Made by a program: the position numbers and the translations under genes | Shown here: positions 14,055 through 27,353 of the stretch, in pieces | Layout: the number at the start of each line of letters is the position of its first letter | How positions within the stretch are numbered: position 1 is the first letter of the stretch | From: Octopus sinensis | Lineage: Eukaryota | Direction of reading: 5' to 3' | DNA length: 64,000 nucleotides | Assembly (NCBI RefSeq): GCF_006345805.1 | Contig: NC_043026.1 | Location: 10,726,001 to 10,790,000 of the forward strand | Notes under the pieces: model-generated | The model's database searches: none | What the model was told of the DNA's origin: nothing | Seen by the model: only the letters and a program-made list of their open reading frames with translations

Positions 14055-14589
14055 GAAAGAGAGATAGGGGGACAAAGACAGTAAGAAAGAATGAGTGATT
14101 GATAGAGTGGCAGAGAAATCGAATTAGAATGTGAGAGTATCTCCGGGAACATTGCATTAAGGGTGAACACAATGTGTATTTTTTTTTCTCTTTTACTTGT
14201 TTCAGTCATTTGACTGCGGCCATGCTGGAGCACCGCCTTTTAGTCGTCGAGCAAATCGACCCCCGGGACTTATTCTTTTGTAAGCCCAGTACTTATTCTA
14301 TCGGTCTCTTTTTGCCGAACTGCTAAGTGACGGGGACATAAACACACCAGCATCGGTTGTCAAGCGATGTTCGGAGGACAAACACAGACACACAAACACA
14401 CATGCACACACATATATATACATATATACGACGGGCTTCTTTCAGTTTCCGTCTACCATATCCACTCACAAGGCTTTGGTCGGCCCGAGGCTACAGAAGA
14501 AGACACTTGCCCAAGGTGCCACGCAGTGAGACTGAACCCAGAACCATGTGGTTGGTAAGCAAGCTACTTACCACACTGCCACTCCTGCG

Positions 14590-14671
<82 letters not shown>

Positions 14672-14944
14672 AACTGACGTACTCGGTAATTCCCGAGAAA
14701 GCGTTCTCACAATTGTTTCGCTAATCCAATAACAACAATGCAAAGTATGTAACCCTTAAAACGGTTTTTGTTCATTTACAGAGAACACCGAACTATCTTA
14801 CACAGGATCTTGTTTTTAAGAATTCCCAATATGTTATGAATACCCAAATTGTGAAGTCAGTTATATAATAACATGAAATGAGTCACTCGATAGTAAGAAT
14901 TCAAATAAAGTAGCCCCCAAAAGGGCTTTCATGCGTTCCTTTTG

Positions 14945-14987
<43 letters not shown>

Positions 14988-15295
14988 GCACACACAAGAC
15001 ATATACATACACAAACGCACACACACAGACACACACACAGACACACACATAGACACACACATAGACACACACACACACACATATATATACATATAGACAC
15101 ACATATGTAAATATATAAATATGTATATGCATTCATACATACATATATGTATGTATATATGTGTGTGTATATATTTATTATATACCCAGGCTTATTCACC
15201 ATTTTTTATGAGGGAGTAGCCACAACAAGACACACACCAAGCATTCCATTCGTTTCCCAGCTCAAAGAGACGAGCCCTGTCCTGTATATATATAT

Positions 15296-16706
15296 ACATC
15301 ATCACCACCAGCGCCATCACCACCACCACCACCATCACCACCACCATCACCAGCACCACCATCACCACCACCACCACCATCATCCACCACCATCATCACC
15401 ACCAGCACCATCACCACCAGCACCATTATCATCCACCACCATCATCACCACCACCACCATCACCACCACCACCACCATCACCATCGCAATCATCAATATC
15501 ATCACAACGACGACCACCATCACCATCGTCATCAGAACTACAATCCTAATCACAACCACAACCGCCATCAGCATCAACATCACCATCAGTTCCATCATAA
15601 TCACCTCGAGACCACCACCATCACCACCACTATCACCACCACCACCACCACCACCACCACCACCACCACCACCACCATCACCACCACCATCATCCACCAC
15701 CATCATCACCACCACCACCACCACCATCACCACCACCATCACCTCGACCAACATCACCCCTCCACCATCATCACCACCACCACCACCGCCGCCGCCGCCA
15801 CTAAACACAACAACAGTAACACCAATCAACGTCCGTATCACCTCCAATACCACCACCACAACCACGACTATTTCCGATGCCACCACCACCACCGTCACCA
15901 AAACCACCATCACCACCACCACCACCGTCAACATCACCATCAACGCCACAACTACCACCATTACTATCATGACGCCACAACAACAGTGACCACCACCATC
16001 CATTGTGTTGCTTTGTGCTGATTAAACTGTGTTTCACCATTGTTTAATAAAGGTTTTTTCTGTTCTTATCAAGTGACGTGCAAATAATTTAATTAATTAA
16101 GCTCCAAGTAGAGAAATATTGACGTTAATGAATAAAATTTGATCTTAATAAACACTGCTGGAAATCATTTGTGGTGGACATTACTGGCTTTTAGGGACAT
16201 TGCTGACATTTTATAGACACTTCTAACAACACTGGACATTATCGGATAATATCCAGGGACATCTCTGGATATTACAAGCATTTATGAGCAGTCCGGACAT
16301 TTATAAGCCGTGCTAACAGCTGTGAATATTACTGTTGATAGTAGGCAGTCTACATTTAAGTTTTCTCCCTTCAGACTTAGCCACCTAATAGACAGGTACT
16401 GCCCTCTATCCGTTGAAGCTATTGTATCTCTGGATATTACAGACATTTGTGAACAGTTTTGAAATTTGTAAGCAATCCTAACAGCAGTGGATACTAGTGT
16501 TAACAGCAGGCAGACCAGAATAAGCTATCGACATTCAGACTTAACCACTTGAAAGATAGGTGCTGGCCTCTGTCTACAGCAATCGTGTCTCTGGATATTA
16601 CAAGCATTTGGGAACAGACTGGACATAATAGATAGGAGCTGCTCTCTTTCTGCCCGAACAAAAGTAAGTTTTGTTTCGAAATTGTTTTCATGCTTTGTGT
16701 GTGTGT

Positions 16707-16739
<33 letters not shown>

Positions 16740-18135
16740 CTGGCGTGTGCATGAAATATGAGATGGAGTATGACATACTTTCGGAGAGCCGTTTTGGCGC
16801 CGCCTATTCGACGTTGACTTATTTGGTACTAGACGTTTTAATGCTTTCCCCTTTCTCTCCTTCCTTCTACCCTTCTCATTCTCTCTATCCCTCCATTCTC
16901 CCCCTCTCTCTCTCTTTCTCTTTTCCTCCTCTCTCTTTGTTTATGTGTGTGTGTTTATTTTCCTTGATGTCTATGAAGAGAAAGTAAAGGTGCGTGGCCC
17001 AGTGGTTAGAGGGAGTGCGCTCATAATCGCAAGATCGTGCTTTCGATTCCCGTATCATGAACTTATGACCGTGTGATGGACCGGTGTCGCGTTCACGGTC
17101 ACAATTTAGTGCTCTTAGCCCCTTAAACGCCATGGAAACCAAGTAACCTGCTCTGTGATTGTCCAGAGTATGAGGTAAGATAAAGTATTTTTCTCAATTG
17201 TAGCCAATCGATCTCCCGATCTTACAATCGTGCTCCGATTATTGTACCCACAAAACCACGCGCCTTCACAAAAGGATTGCACCTAGAAAGTTACCCGCCG
17301 AGTTACAAGTCCGAGCAAGTTTGTTTATGGAAGACTAGCAGTCGCCAGTGCATTCCAGTCTTCCCTCTCCACACCCGATGTTATCCAACGGAAAAAAAGC
17401 AAAGGCCGATACAGCTTGGCACCAGGGACGTCGCAATTCCGTTCTACAGCTCAGTGAATTGGAGTAATAGGAAACAAAAAGCGTCTCTCTACCTGTTTAT
17501 TTGTGTGAGCATATTTCTTTCTGTAGGTATGCGTTGGGGGGAAGTGCTTATGCGAATCGTGTTCAATTGGAACTTGTAACATCACTCTCTCACAATCTCT
17601 ATCCTCACTCTTTCTCCGTCTGCCTTCCCTCTTCGTCTCTCCATCTCCTCCTCTTCCCTTTCTCTCTTTCCATCTTTTTTCCGCTCTCCCTCTTTTTCTC
17701 CTTCTCCCACTCTATCTCCCTATGTTAATTCTACCACCAGAATGTTCCAGTTTCCTCCTACCAACCCAGACAAGGCCACAGGGCTGCTGCTGCTGCTGTC
17801 GCTCTTCGCCCTCGCCACAATCCCCACCGCCACCGTTGCCATTCCCTCGCAACAAGAAACCATCGCCAACTACCGATACTTCGGTCCTGGTTACTCGTTC
17901 GCTTACCCGGGAACTCCTTCACAAAGCGAAATATTCCCCAGCCGAAGTCAAGTGGAATGTGCCATGAACACCCTGAAGAACCGAACAGGATTCTTCAGTT
18001 ACGACAGAGTCAACCAGCTTTGTAAGACTTACCCAGAGAATATTGTGCTCACGGCCAGCAATCTGACCAACAGCGGCGAGAGGTCCTTCTACATAAGTAA
18101 GTGAAACTTTACTAATTCCGACTAAAAATGCTGCT
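15296..18135 (+). repeat. Right arm of inverted segmental duplication (partner 4741-7900)
   Basis: See the left arm. Confidence 0.85.
17742..18096 (+). CDS. Paralog B coding exon 1 (signal peptide + PAN/Apple-like module)
   Basis: CAG acceptor at 17738-17740, ATG at 17742, GTAAGT donor at 18097 (phase 1). Confidence 0.85.
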
Positions 18136-18139
18136 GCTG

Positions 18140-18174
<35 letters not shown>

Positions 18175-18178
18175 GCCG

Positions 18179-18225
<47 letters not shown>

Positions 18226-18322
18226 GCTGCTGCTGCTGATGTTGTTGTTGCTGCTGCTACTACTACTACTACTGCCGCTACTACTACTACTGCTGCTACA
18301 GCTGCTGCAACTGCTGCTGCTG

Positions 18323-18364
<42 letters not shown>

Positions 18365-19924
18365 TTTCATGCATTTATTTCCCTTAAAAACATTTATTTC
18401 AGTTATTGAGTGGTTTAAATTATTTTCTTGATTAATTAATTGATTGATTGATTTCCGTTCAAAATTCCATGTTTTGTGACGTCTTCTCACACCTACGCTC
18501 GTCAGTCATCCGGTTAACGTTTCTGAATAGCACCTCACGCTAACTGGGATGTGGAACAACTAGGATGTATCCGCATGCGCAGACGACATCAGTGTTTCAA
18601 AATGGACGCCATGCATATTGTGCGGGATGGAAACATTCTTACGGAATACGAGGTGATGACAGTAGCAAAAACTAACCAAGAAAAGTTAGTGGGCCCTGTA
18701 TCTCGGCACCTTGCAGGTTTCTAAGATCTACCTATTTCATTATTACCCACAAGGGGCTAAACACAGAGGGGACAAACAAGGACAGACATAGGTATTAAGT
18801 CGATTACATCGACCCCAGTGCGTAACTGCTACTTAATTTATCGACCCCGAAAGGATGAAAGGCAAAGTCGACCTCGGCGGAATTTGAACTTACAACGTAA
18901 CGGCAGACGAAATACCGCTAAGCATTTCGCCCGGCGTGCTAACGTTTCTGCCAGCGCACCGCCTTTCTAAGATCTACCAACTGCGTCAAGGGCGCTGAAC
19001 AGAAGAACCGGTTAAATTTATCGGGGTCTGGTTTGCTCCAGCTTTCTTGTTGGATAAGAACTGGATGAACAGGACGGCTAGTCTCACTTAGAAATGGGCT
19101 GAGAGAATGTTATCCCTGGAAAGTTAGGCATCGTTTCCGTCGTCTGTTACCCACTACTGTCATATCTTGTCATATTAGGTTGTCCCAAAAGTTCGTAAAC
19201 ACTTGCGAAAATTGAATTTTTACTCGCCAAGTACTAACAAAAACAACAAAAATTATTCCTCAAAATAAAGACCATTATTTTCCAAGACTTTCTACGAACT
19301 TTTGGGACAACCTTATATTTCACATCTGAACAAACAGGAGCGCTTCCCTTTGCGCTTTCTGTGGAAGAGATGCGCCAAAAATTTGTAATAATATTATTAT
19401 TACACGCTACATTAGTGAGGGATATCATCTCCAGGTTCGGTGACAAGTCTCCTCAAATCTTGCAGAATACAAAATGACATTTTTCTACGAGTTTTTCAGT
19501 CCGTCAAGCAGCAGTTTGGATGTTGTGCCAAGAGCATCCATTACCACTGGAATAATTATCATTTTACTTTGCACAGTCTCTTTATCTCACTGGTACCTTC
19601 GGGTTTATGGTCGTACCAATTTTTTTCTCTGTCAAGCCCATACATATTGCAAAGTGTCCAATGGACAGGCCCTGCTATATTGTCGTGGCGTCTCTTATAT
19701 TGCTTCTGGGCTTGTGGCATACATTGGCTGGTAATATGCCATACGGTTCCACCGTTTTGTCCACAGATTCTGCACTTATCACTTTCTCATGTGTTGTCTG
19801 TTCCGTATTTTATGTAGTTTGTTCTTAGCGCTTGCTCTTGGCCAACACAGATTAGCGCCTTCGTTTCCGGTTTTAAATCACTTTTAGTCATTCATATTAT
19901 TATTATCATTATTATTATTATTAA

Positions 19925-19995
<71 letters not shown>

Positions 19996-20106
19996 CACAG
20001 AGGTCGACTTTGCCTTTCATCCTTTCAAGGTCGATAAATTAAGTACCAGTCCAGTACTGGGGTCCCCTTCCCCCGAATTTCATGCCTTGTGCCGATAGTA
20101 GAGAGG

Positions 20107-20163
<57 letters not shown>

Positions 20164-20983
20164 GAGTAGGTTTATTTTTATAGTGTGCTTTCATTTCACT
20201 GCCGAGCGCAGCTCTGTGTGCCTTGGGTATGTGCTGTTTTGTTGTGATGCTCTGATGGTTACTGTATTGAAAGTGTTCTGCGTAGGATGTGTGCAGTGCC
20301 CAGTAGTGCAATTTTCTGTATGTTATATGTGTTTGTTAGTCCTGGTGTTTTTGTTATGTATTTGTCTGAATATTTTTTTATCATGCCTATTGCACCTACT
20401 ATGATAGGAATTGTTTCTGTTTTTAGATTCCACATTCGAGTTATCTCTATTTCCAGCTCTTTGTATTTTGAAAGTTTCTCCATTTCTTTTACAGAAACAT
20501 TGTCATCTGCTGGTATTGATTCATCAATTAGAAAGCATTTTTTTCCTTCATGACCTCTGATAACTATATCTGCTGCTGATGGTGGTGGTGGTGGTACTAC
20601 TGCTTCTTTTTGTTTTTCAGGAGATCACTGGATAAAAGTATATTCCATATCAATGGGAGCTGGTTCGGATGTCTATAACTCGTTTCTAAATATAGGAGAT
20701 CGAGCATCATGGAAAGTGGATGATTGCCTCGGTCTTTATTGCCCAAATTTCTTCCGAAATTCCATTCTTGACGTCTGGGAACAGTTTCCGATTCATGAGG
20801 TAGGTGTACACACATACGCACACACACGCACACATAAACATTTTATATATATACATAGGTTTTAGTGTGATATGCTAACGCACGAAACTCTAGGCTCTTC
20901 ATTCACTGTGTTACTTCAGCCAAATATCAATTATATAGGTATATACAAACACACGCACATACACACACTTACACACACACAAA

Positions 20984-21075
<92 letters not shown>

Positions 21076-23624
21076 TTTCGGTAACGATCTGTAAAACAAA
21101 CTGTTCCTCACTTTCACCTTTTGTGAGAATGTTATTGTAATCCTGAATGACGCTATAAAAATAAAACTACTGAATAATAATGATAATAACAACATCAAAA
21201 AAGTACCTTAGGAATGAGAACCCAGGTTCGAAATTTTCCCAAGACACCTGAAGAAGGCTGGAGGGTATATCAACCGAAGCGTTGTGTTAACAACAAACAA
21301 GATGAGGACAAATATCCGTTAATTGTAAATATTGTAAATAATGTATATAACATGTTTTTTTATTCAGGTGAAACTTGTATTATACGAAAACCAACAATCA
21401 GTAGTAACGATGGTGTTTAATGGACGAAATACAAACATTCAAAACTGGTTTTCTGCCCAAAACCTGAGAAGTTCCCCATGGACTGATTTGTCAACGTCCA
21501 ACACGAACTACTTCTCAATGGATGGATATGAGTATATAAAAATTCTTACGCCATTTCATTTTTAGCTATTACCGCTAGGAGAATTGTTTGTAGCGAATAT
21601 TAATCAGTATATCCAACCTAACTTGAACGTTTTGTTTATAACGCCATAGACTGCGACAAACGTCTTGAAAAATCATTTCTTTTAAACGACAAGCGCTAAA
21701 AAGCATCGAAATTCTATGAGTTGACTAGATTTGTTCGGCACTGGAAGATGGCTCTTCTGTATCACGTAATTTCACCGTATTGTAGGTCATCAGTAGTAGA
21801 AAGCCAGAAAAAAATCAGTCAAAATTTTATATATAGAATAATACTGACCAAATAACCAGCGATGTCACGACGAGGTACTAGGCTGTGCATCAATTAGTTA
21901 TTAGCGACAGAAACGGCCTTCGTAGTTAATATTAATTAGTACATCGGACCTAACCTGGATGAGTTGTTTACGATACCGTACACTGCTGTAAACGTCCCGA
22001 AAAATTTTGTGTAGAAGACAAAATTCTATTGGTTGACTAAATTTCCTCAGTAACGCGAATGGCAGTACTATTTTACGTGATTTCACCGTATTGCGGGTCA
22101 TCAGATGCAGCTGGCCAAGCTCCCAAGGGCAGACTGAAACCAATGAAACTGATATAGAACACTTACGGTGTTATAAACAAGACATCGAGGTTAGCATGGG
22201 ATGTGCTGATTAATATTTGTTACAACAACAACGATGACGATGATAATGGTAACGATGACAAAAACAACAAAAAGACAATACCGCGACAACGGTAACAGTA
22301 ACAAGAACAACGACAAAGACGTCGACGACGACGACGACGACGACTAAACAACGATGATGACAGCAACGACGACGATCGCGTCGTAGCTGTTCAATGACAA
22401 GAACAGCAACAACTACATCGACAAATACAAAAACTACACCAGCAGCAACAACAACAAAATTGAGAACATTAACTAAAACACGTGTCTCGGTTTTATTTTC
22501 CTTCTTCAGGAACAGACGACGCTTCTACGTGTCTAGAAGTCACACTTTCTGTGTTGGAGACGTTGGCTGGCTTATGATCAGCGAACAGAGCAGCCTCTGC
22601 GTTTGGGAGGCGTCACTTGTACTTCCCAGATTCCTGTACTCTAGCAAGTCTACGAAAACAGATTGGGTTCTCAGTAAGTATTTTGTTATTGAAGTACCTT
22701 GATTATTTTATCTGTGCAGGTGTGATTGTGTCGTATGAAATTTACTTCCCAACCACATAAATTCGGGTTCAATCCCATTGCAAAGCATTTTGGATAAGTG
22801 TCTTCCACTTATTGTTGTCAGCTGGGCATGCTATATCTATGATCCAGCATCGTTTGCTTTCTCTCTCGATTAAAACTATGTCTGGCTTCTTATTCTCTAT
22901 CTCATAGTCGCGCTAAATCATAGAATCCCACAGGAACTAAGTATTATCATTTTCGATGATGCCTTCGGGTCTGTGGACGTACCAATATTTTGCTCTGTCT
23001 AACCCATACTTGTTGCAAAGTGTCCAATGGAGAAGCCCTGCTATATTGTCGTGGCGTTTCTTATATTGCTTCTGGGCTTGTGGCATACATTGGCTGGTAA
23101 TATGCCATACGGTTAAACCGTTTTGTCCACAGATTCTGCACTTATCACTTTCTGTTATGATGTCTATTCTGCATTTTATGTAGTTTGTTCTTAGTGCTTG
23201 CTCTTGGGCAGCACAGATTAGAGCCTCCGTTTCCGGTTTTAAATTACTTTTAATCCCCCACAACCATCTTTTTTTTCTGTCTGTCTTATCTTCAACATTC
23301 CTATGATATTGACCATGCATTCTTTTCTTTATCCACCTATATTCAGTTTCATTCGTTTTCAATTTCTTGTACAGTTCTTTATGTTTGCTATCTTTCATCC
23401 TACACAAGCCTGATCTTCTTACTTCTAATAATAGCAGTTCTGTGGCATTTTTTACATTCTATGCTATGTTGTTTTCTTCTGCTCTAATTCTGTGTTCGCA
23501 TCCAATGAGTCCGCTTCCCCCTCTTTTTCTTGGTACATACAGCCTGACAGTGTCACTTTTTGAGTGGAGTGTCCCATATCTAGTTAGCAACTTCCTTGTT
23601 TTTCTGTTATTATTATTATTATTA

Positions 23625-23665
<41 letters not shown>

Positions 23666-26228
23666 CTAGTTTCAGCTTATGAGCTGTGGCCATGCTGGGG
23701 CACCGCCATTTGGTGTTGCTACTTGGTTTTACTTCACGAAAGCTTTTTAGCAACTGCCATTTGGTGCATGAGAGAGTTCGATGCAGCTGCCCTCATCTGC
23801 ACCTCCTGCCGGGAAGTTGGTTCATCTGGGACACCTGACAGGAAGAGATCCATTTTCATTTTAAAGACATCTGCATTTACCCCATGCAGGTCTCTCAGGT
23901 TCTTCGGGAGGATATTGAAGAGCTGTGGGCCTCGGAAGCCCAGGCTATCACAGAATCTTGTCCTACATCTTGATGGCAAGTTTGGAGTCCTAGGCACCAC
24001 GCAGTGGCGCCCAGTTCTGGCATTTGCGTAACTCTCGATGCCAAAGTTTAGGACACGTCCCTCCAGGATCTTCCAGATGTATATTATGGCATATCTTTCC
24101 CGCCTACGCTCCAAGGAATATAGTTTTAATCTCTTGAGTCTTTCCCAGTTGCTCAAATTCTGCATAGAGGCTATCTTCTTCGTGTAGCTACGTTGGATCG
24201 CCTCGAGCTCTGTGATCAACTTGACACTGGATGGTGACCATAACTGAGAGCAGTAGTCAAAGTGGCTTAGGACAAGTGTCCTCCAGAGGACCATCATGGT
24301 TTCTTGTTCTCTTGTTCTAAAGGTTCTGAGGATCCATCCGGCCAGTCGTCTACATTTCATTGCCAATTTAGCAACATGTACACGAAAGGTCGCGTCATCA
24401 CTCATGTAAATACCTAGGTCACGCACTGATTGTGCCTCTGAGATTGCTATTCCTCCGGGTCCAGTGTATTCATTGGGTATTGCATTTAGTTTTGCATGCT
24501 GATAGTATAAAGCTTGAAACTTTTCAGCATTGAACTGCATGCTATTCTTTTCAGCCCACTTGTATATTTTGTCCAGCTCACATTGCAGGCGTTTAGTGTC
24601 CTCAGGGTTCTGTATTGCCTGTGAAACTTTTGTATCATCTGCATAACTTGTGATCCCAGTAGTGGTCCCAGAACAGTGCCCTGCGGAACACCGCTCACTA
24701 TTTGCGTGTTAATGGAAGTGGCCCCATTGGCTACTACCACCTGACTTCTATCTTTCAGAAAGTCATGGAGCCATTCTCCCAGTTTTCCAACTATGTTGAG
24801 ATCACGCAGTTTGTGACATATCATTCCATGATCGACTTTATCAAAGGCCTTTGCAAAGTCGAGATATATCACTTCCACATTTAAGTGGTTGAGCAGCCGT
24901 TTCAGCACCCAGTCATAGTGTTGTAGGAGCTGAGTTAAACAGCTTCTCCCTGGTCGGAAACCATGTTGGGTGTCGGGCAGCAAGTCATTCTCTTCAAGGA
25001 AGGTGATCAGTTTCCTTCTGACTATTCGTTCCATGACCTTGCTGATGTGTGAGGTCAGAGAGATAGGTCTGTAGTTCTTGGCCTCCGCTCTGCTACCTCC
25101 TTTATGAATGGGGCATATTTTACCTTCCTTCAGTTTTCTTGGAAGTTTGCCAGCTGCAAGGAAGCTCTGAAAGAGGAACTGCAGTGGTCTTGCTAGGACT
25201 CTCTTACATGCTTTTAGGATGATTGCCGGGAATCCATCGGGGCCAGTAGCTGAGTCTGTTTTCATTTCACCTATAGCCTTGATTACATCGTCTTCCTTTA
25301 TATCGATGTAATCTATCGTCGCCGCCTCTGATTTTATATCTGCAGTGGTAAAGAAGTCAGTTGGATTGGTGATTTGGAGATGCCCAAGGGGTGGAGTGAA
25401 AACACTCTTGAATTGCTCATTCAGTATTTCACTTACCCTCATTGGTTTTCCTGTAAGTGTGCCATCCTTTTCAACGAGTGGCCCTATTCTACAGTGCACC
25501 GTAGCTGTTTCTTTGGCATACGTGTAGAAAGCTCTGGGGTTAGATTTTATGTTGTCTATAGCCCAGGCTTCTTTGTCTGCTCTTTCTTTTTCATGGGAGA
25601 GTTGCAGACATTTTTCAATTTCCAACAGTTTTATTTTTAGGCGGGACTTTTCACTGCTTTCAATCTGTTTGTTTAGGCGATTTGAAATTTTTGTACGCCG
25701 TCTCATTAAAATTTTCCTCTCTCTGGGGATTTTGTTCTTGTGTACAGTGGCCTTTCTCTCTGGGACGCATTTGTAGCATATGGCTTGCATTACAGACATG
25801 AATTGTTGAAGATTCACGTCGATGTCTGGCGAGGAGAGACATTTAGGCCAGTTTTGTTTGAGGATCTCTTTCTCAATTTGTTTCCAGTTTGCCTTATGGT
25901 AGTTCAAGCTGGAAAGATTCTGAGGGTTTCTTGTAGGCTGAATGTCCGTGCTCTCTTTTGGCCCGTACATGGTCAGCTCTATCATGTTGTGATCCGAGAG
26001 TAGTGTCGGTGTCACTTTCACATTATGGATGAGATCCATGTCATTTGTGAAGCAGAGATCCAGTGTGTTACCTGCCCTGGTTGGTTGGAGTATTACCTGC
26101 TCCATGTACAGGGTGTTGATGAGGTTCAGGAGGGACCTCGCCTGTCCTCGTTCACATCTTGTCATTATTATTATTGTTATTGTTATTGTTATTGTTATTG
26201 TCATCGTTATTATTATTATTATTATTAC

Positions 26229-26294
<66 letters not shown>

Positions 26295-27353
26295 CATTAT
26301 CATCATTATTATTATTATTATTATTCTATGTTTGACTTTTGCTTTATGTCTGTACAAGTTGGCTCCAAGTCTCACCCAGAGACCTCAAGAGACAACAGGT
26401 TGGAAGTTCTGTGCCATATATTTGGGGGTTTTTTTTGGGTGTTGTACTAGTGAATGTCTAATACATAAAAGTTAAAAAAATAAAAAGTTTGTTTTAAACC
26501 TTGGGATTACATAGAGAGTATTTTGCGTAGGATATGAGCAGTTCCCATGAGCACTATCTTTTGAATTTCTGCCATTTTGGGGTTTCCTGGTATCTGAGTT
26601 AGGTAGCAATCAGTCCCTTTCGCTATCATTCCCAGGGCACCTATGACAACAGGTATTGTTTTAGTCTTCAGCTTCCACATTTTGCTGATTTCTATTTCAA
26701 GATCTTTATATTTGCTCAGTTTTTGGTAGGTCTTGACAGATACGTTTATATCGATTGGGACAGTCATATCTATTATTATTATTATTATTATTGCCTCTGC
26801 ACAGCTTCTAACGCTGGGGATGTACTACAGTGTCAGATGTTCACTACCAGTGAACTAAGGTAGCACCTTCCGGAGTATTCGAGCAGTTCCAAGCAGTGCT
26901 GTTTTCTGCAAGTGCTCCGCCCTTATTGCAGCCCCTGTTTGTTCCACGTACTTCTTGAGATTTTTGCTCACTGTTCCCAGGGCTCCGAGAATTATTTGTA
27001 CTACTGCTACCTTTTTCATCGACCACAACTGCTTAACTTCTCAAGCTAACCTAGTAGTAGTCGTAGTAATAGTAGTACTAGCAGCAGAAAGAGTATAGTA
27101 GTAGCATTAGTAGTAGTAGTAGTAGTAGTAGTAGTAGCAGCAGTAGTAGTAGCAGTAGTAGTAGTAGTAGTTTTTGTTGTAGTTGTAGTAGTAGTTGTAA
27201 TAATAATACAAGTAGTAATTGTTGTTTTAGCTGTAACAGTAGTAGTGTTGTTAATTTTATGTTTTTTGTTTGTTTTTATTCTTGTTTCTCATGTTACTCT
27301 TTCCAGGTTACGGATCAGCAGATACCCTGGCCATATTCATCCGCTTCATATAG
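17742..27353 (+). CDS. Paralog B: uncharacterised secreted protein, 302 aa. Exons 17742-18096, 20621-20799, 21368-21531, 22510-22673, 27307-27353
   Basis: All AG/GT sites are canonical; phases 1,0,2,1; 909 nt open frame. [33 protein letters not shown] (signal-like)...[28 protein letters not shown] (PAN-like) | [26 protein letters not shown]...[18 protein letters not shown] | VKLVLYEN...[15 protein letters not shown] | [19 protein letters not shown] | [15 protein letters not shown]. Every exon is homologous to its counterparts in C and D. Confidence 0.88.
19175..19315. mobile_element. Mariner-type MITE
   Basis: ~23-bp TIRs ttaggttgtcccaaaagttcgta / tacgaacttttgggacaacctta, flanked by TA on both sides. 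Confidence 0.8.
19490..19875 (-). mobile_element. R4/Dong-clade LINE internal fragment (ETE..I.AAQEQAL / CCHC / RHD region), decayed
   Basis: Homologous to 22950-23250 (ttgtcgtggcgt.tcttatattgcttctgggcttgtggcatacattggctggtaatatgccatacgg). It abuts (ATT)n at 19895. Confidence 0.7.
20164..20565 (-). mobile_element. R4/Dong-clade LINE 3' fragment, family 2
   Basis: [33 protein letters not shown]...[20 protein letters not shown]. The 3' end abuts (ATT)n; near-identical to 43491-43890. Confidence 0.85.
20621..20799 (+). CDS. Paralog B coding exon 2
   Basis: tgtttttcag|GAGATCACTGG ... CATGAG|gtaggt; 179 nt, as in C and D. Confidence 0.88.
21190..21335 (+). mobile_element. Penelope-like element terminal remnant
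   Basis: cctgaagaaggctggagggtatatcaaccgaagcgttg resembles the CCTGAAGAAG...CCGAAACGTTG terminus typical of Penelope-like elements. Confidence 0.45.
21368..21531 (+). CDS. Paralog B coding exon 3
   Basis: tattcag|GTGAAACTT ... GGATATGA|gtatat; 164 nt, as in C and D. Confidence 0.88.
22510..22673 (+). CDS. Paralog B coding exon 4
   Basis: cttcttcag|GAACAGACGACGC ... GTTCTCA|gtaagt; phase 2 to 1. Confidence 0.88.
22840..23620 (-). mobile_element. R4/Dong-clade LINE internal fragment, family 3
   Basis: [21 protein letters not shown]...KCRICG....VWHITSQC......[14 protein letters not shown] (CCHC finger plus RHD motif). Confidence 0.8.
23665..26160 (-). mobile_element. CR1-like LINE, 5'-truncated ORF2 (end of APE + RT + C-terminus) with an internal deletion/frameshift
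   Basis: [14 protein letters not shown]...[18 protein letters not shown]...[15 protein letters not shown]...[13 protein letters not shown]...[12 protein letters not shown], then a frameshift to YADDTK...VRDLGI...WSP...LERRRERY. (CAAT)n tail at 23629-23665. Confidence 0.9.
26165..26325. repeat. (ATT)n microsatellite between the CR1 and R4/Dong elements
   Basis: Direct inspection. Confidence 0.95.
26325..26770 (-). mobile_element. R4/Dong-clade LINE 3' fragment, family 1
   Basis: [36 protein letters not shown]...[12 protein letters not shown]; (AAT)n on both sides. Confidence 0.85.
26793..27045 (-). mobile_element. R4/Dong-clade LINE 3' fragment, family 4
   Basis: The minus strand reads [58 protein letters not shown]. 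The 3' end abuts (ATT)n at 26770-26792. Confidence 0.75.
27307..27353 (+). CDS. Paralog B terminal coding exon 5
   Basis: ctctttccag|GT TAC GGA TCA GCA GAT ACC CTG GCC ATA TTC ATC CGC TTC ATA TAG. It matches the terminal exons of C and D (YGxxDxxAIFI). Confidence 0.85.

Noticed and set aside
15147-16003. His/Pro/Thr-rich 280-aa and Gly/Val-rich 207-aa ORFs (also 7457-8056)
   Set aside because: They are (CAC/GGT)n low-complexity tracts with no splice or homology support, and the two duplicated copies do not conserve a frame.
22674-22760. Nearby acceptor tgtgcag at 22719 as exon 5 of B
   Set aside because: It would give a 46-nt intron and a peptide with no similarity to the paralog termini.
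24486-26375. 629-aa ORF as an intact protein
   Set aside because: It is a chimera of Dong 3' UTR, (AAT)n and a 5'-truncated CR1 ORF2 with a deletion and frameshift just before YADD.
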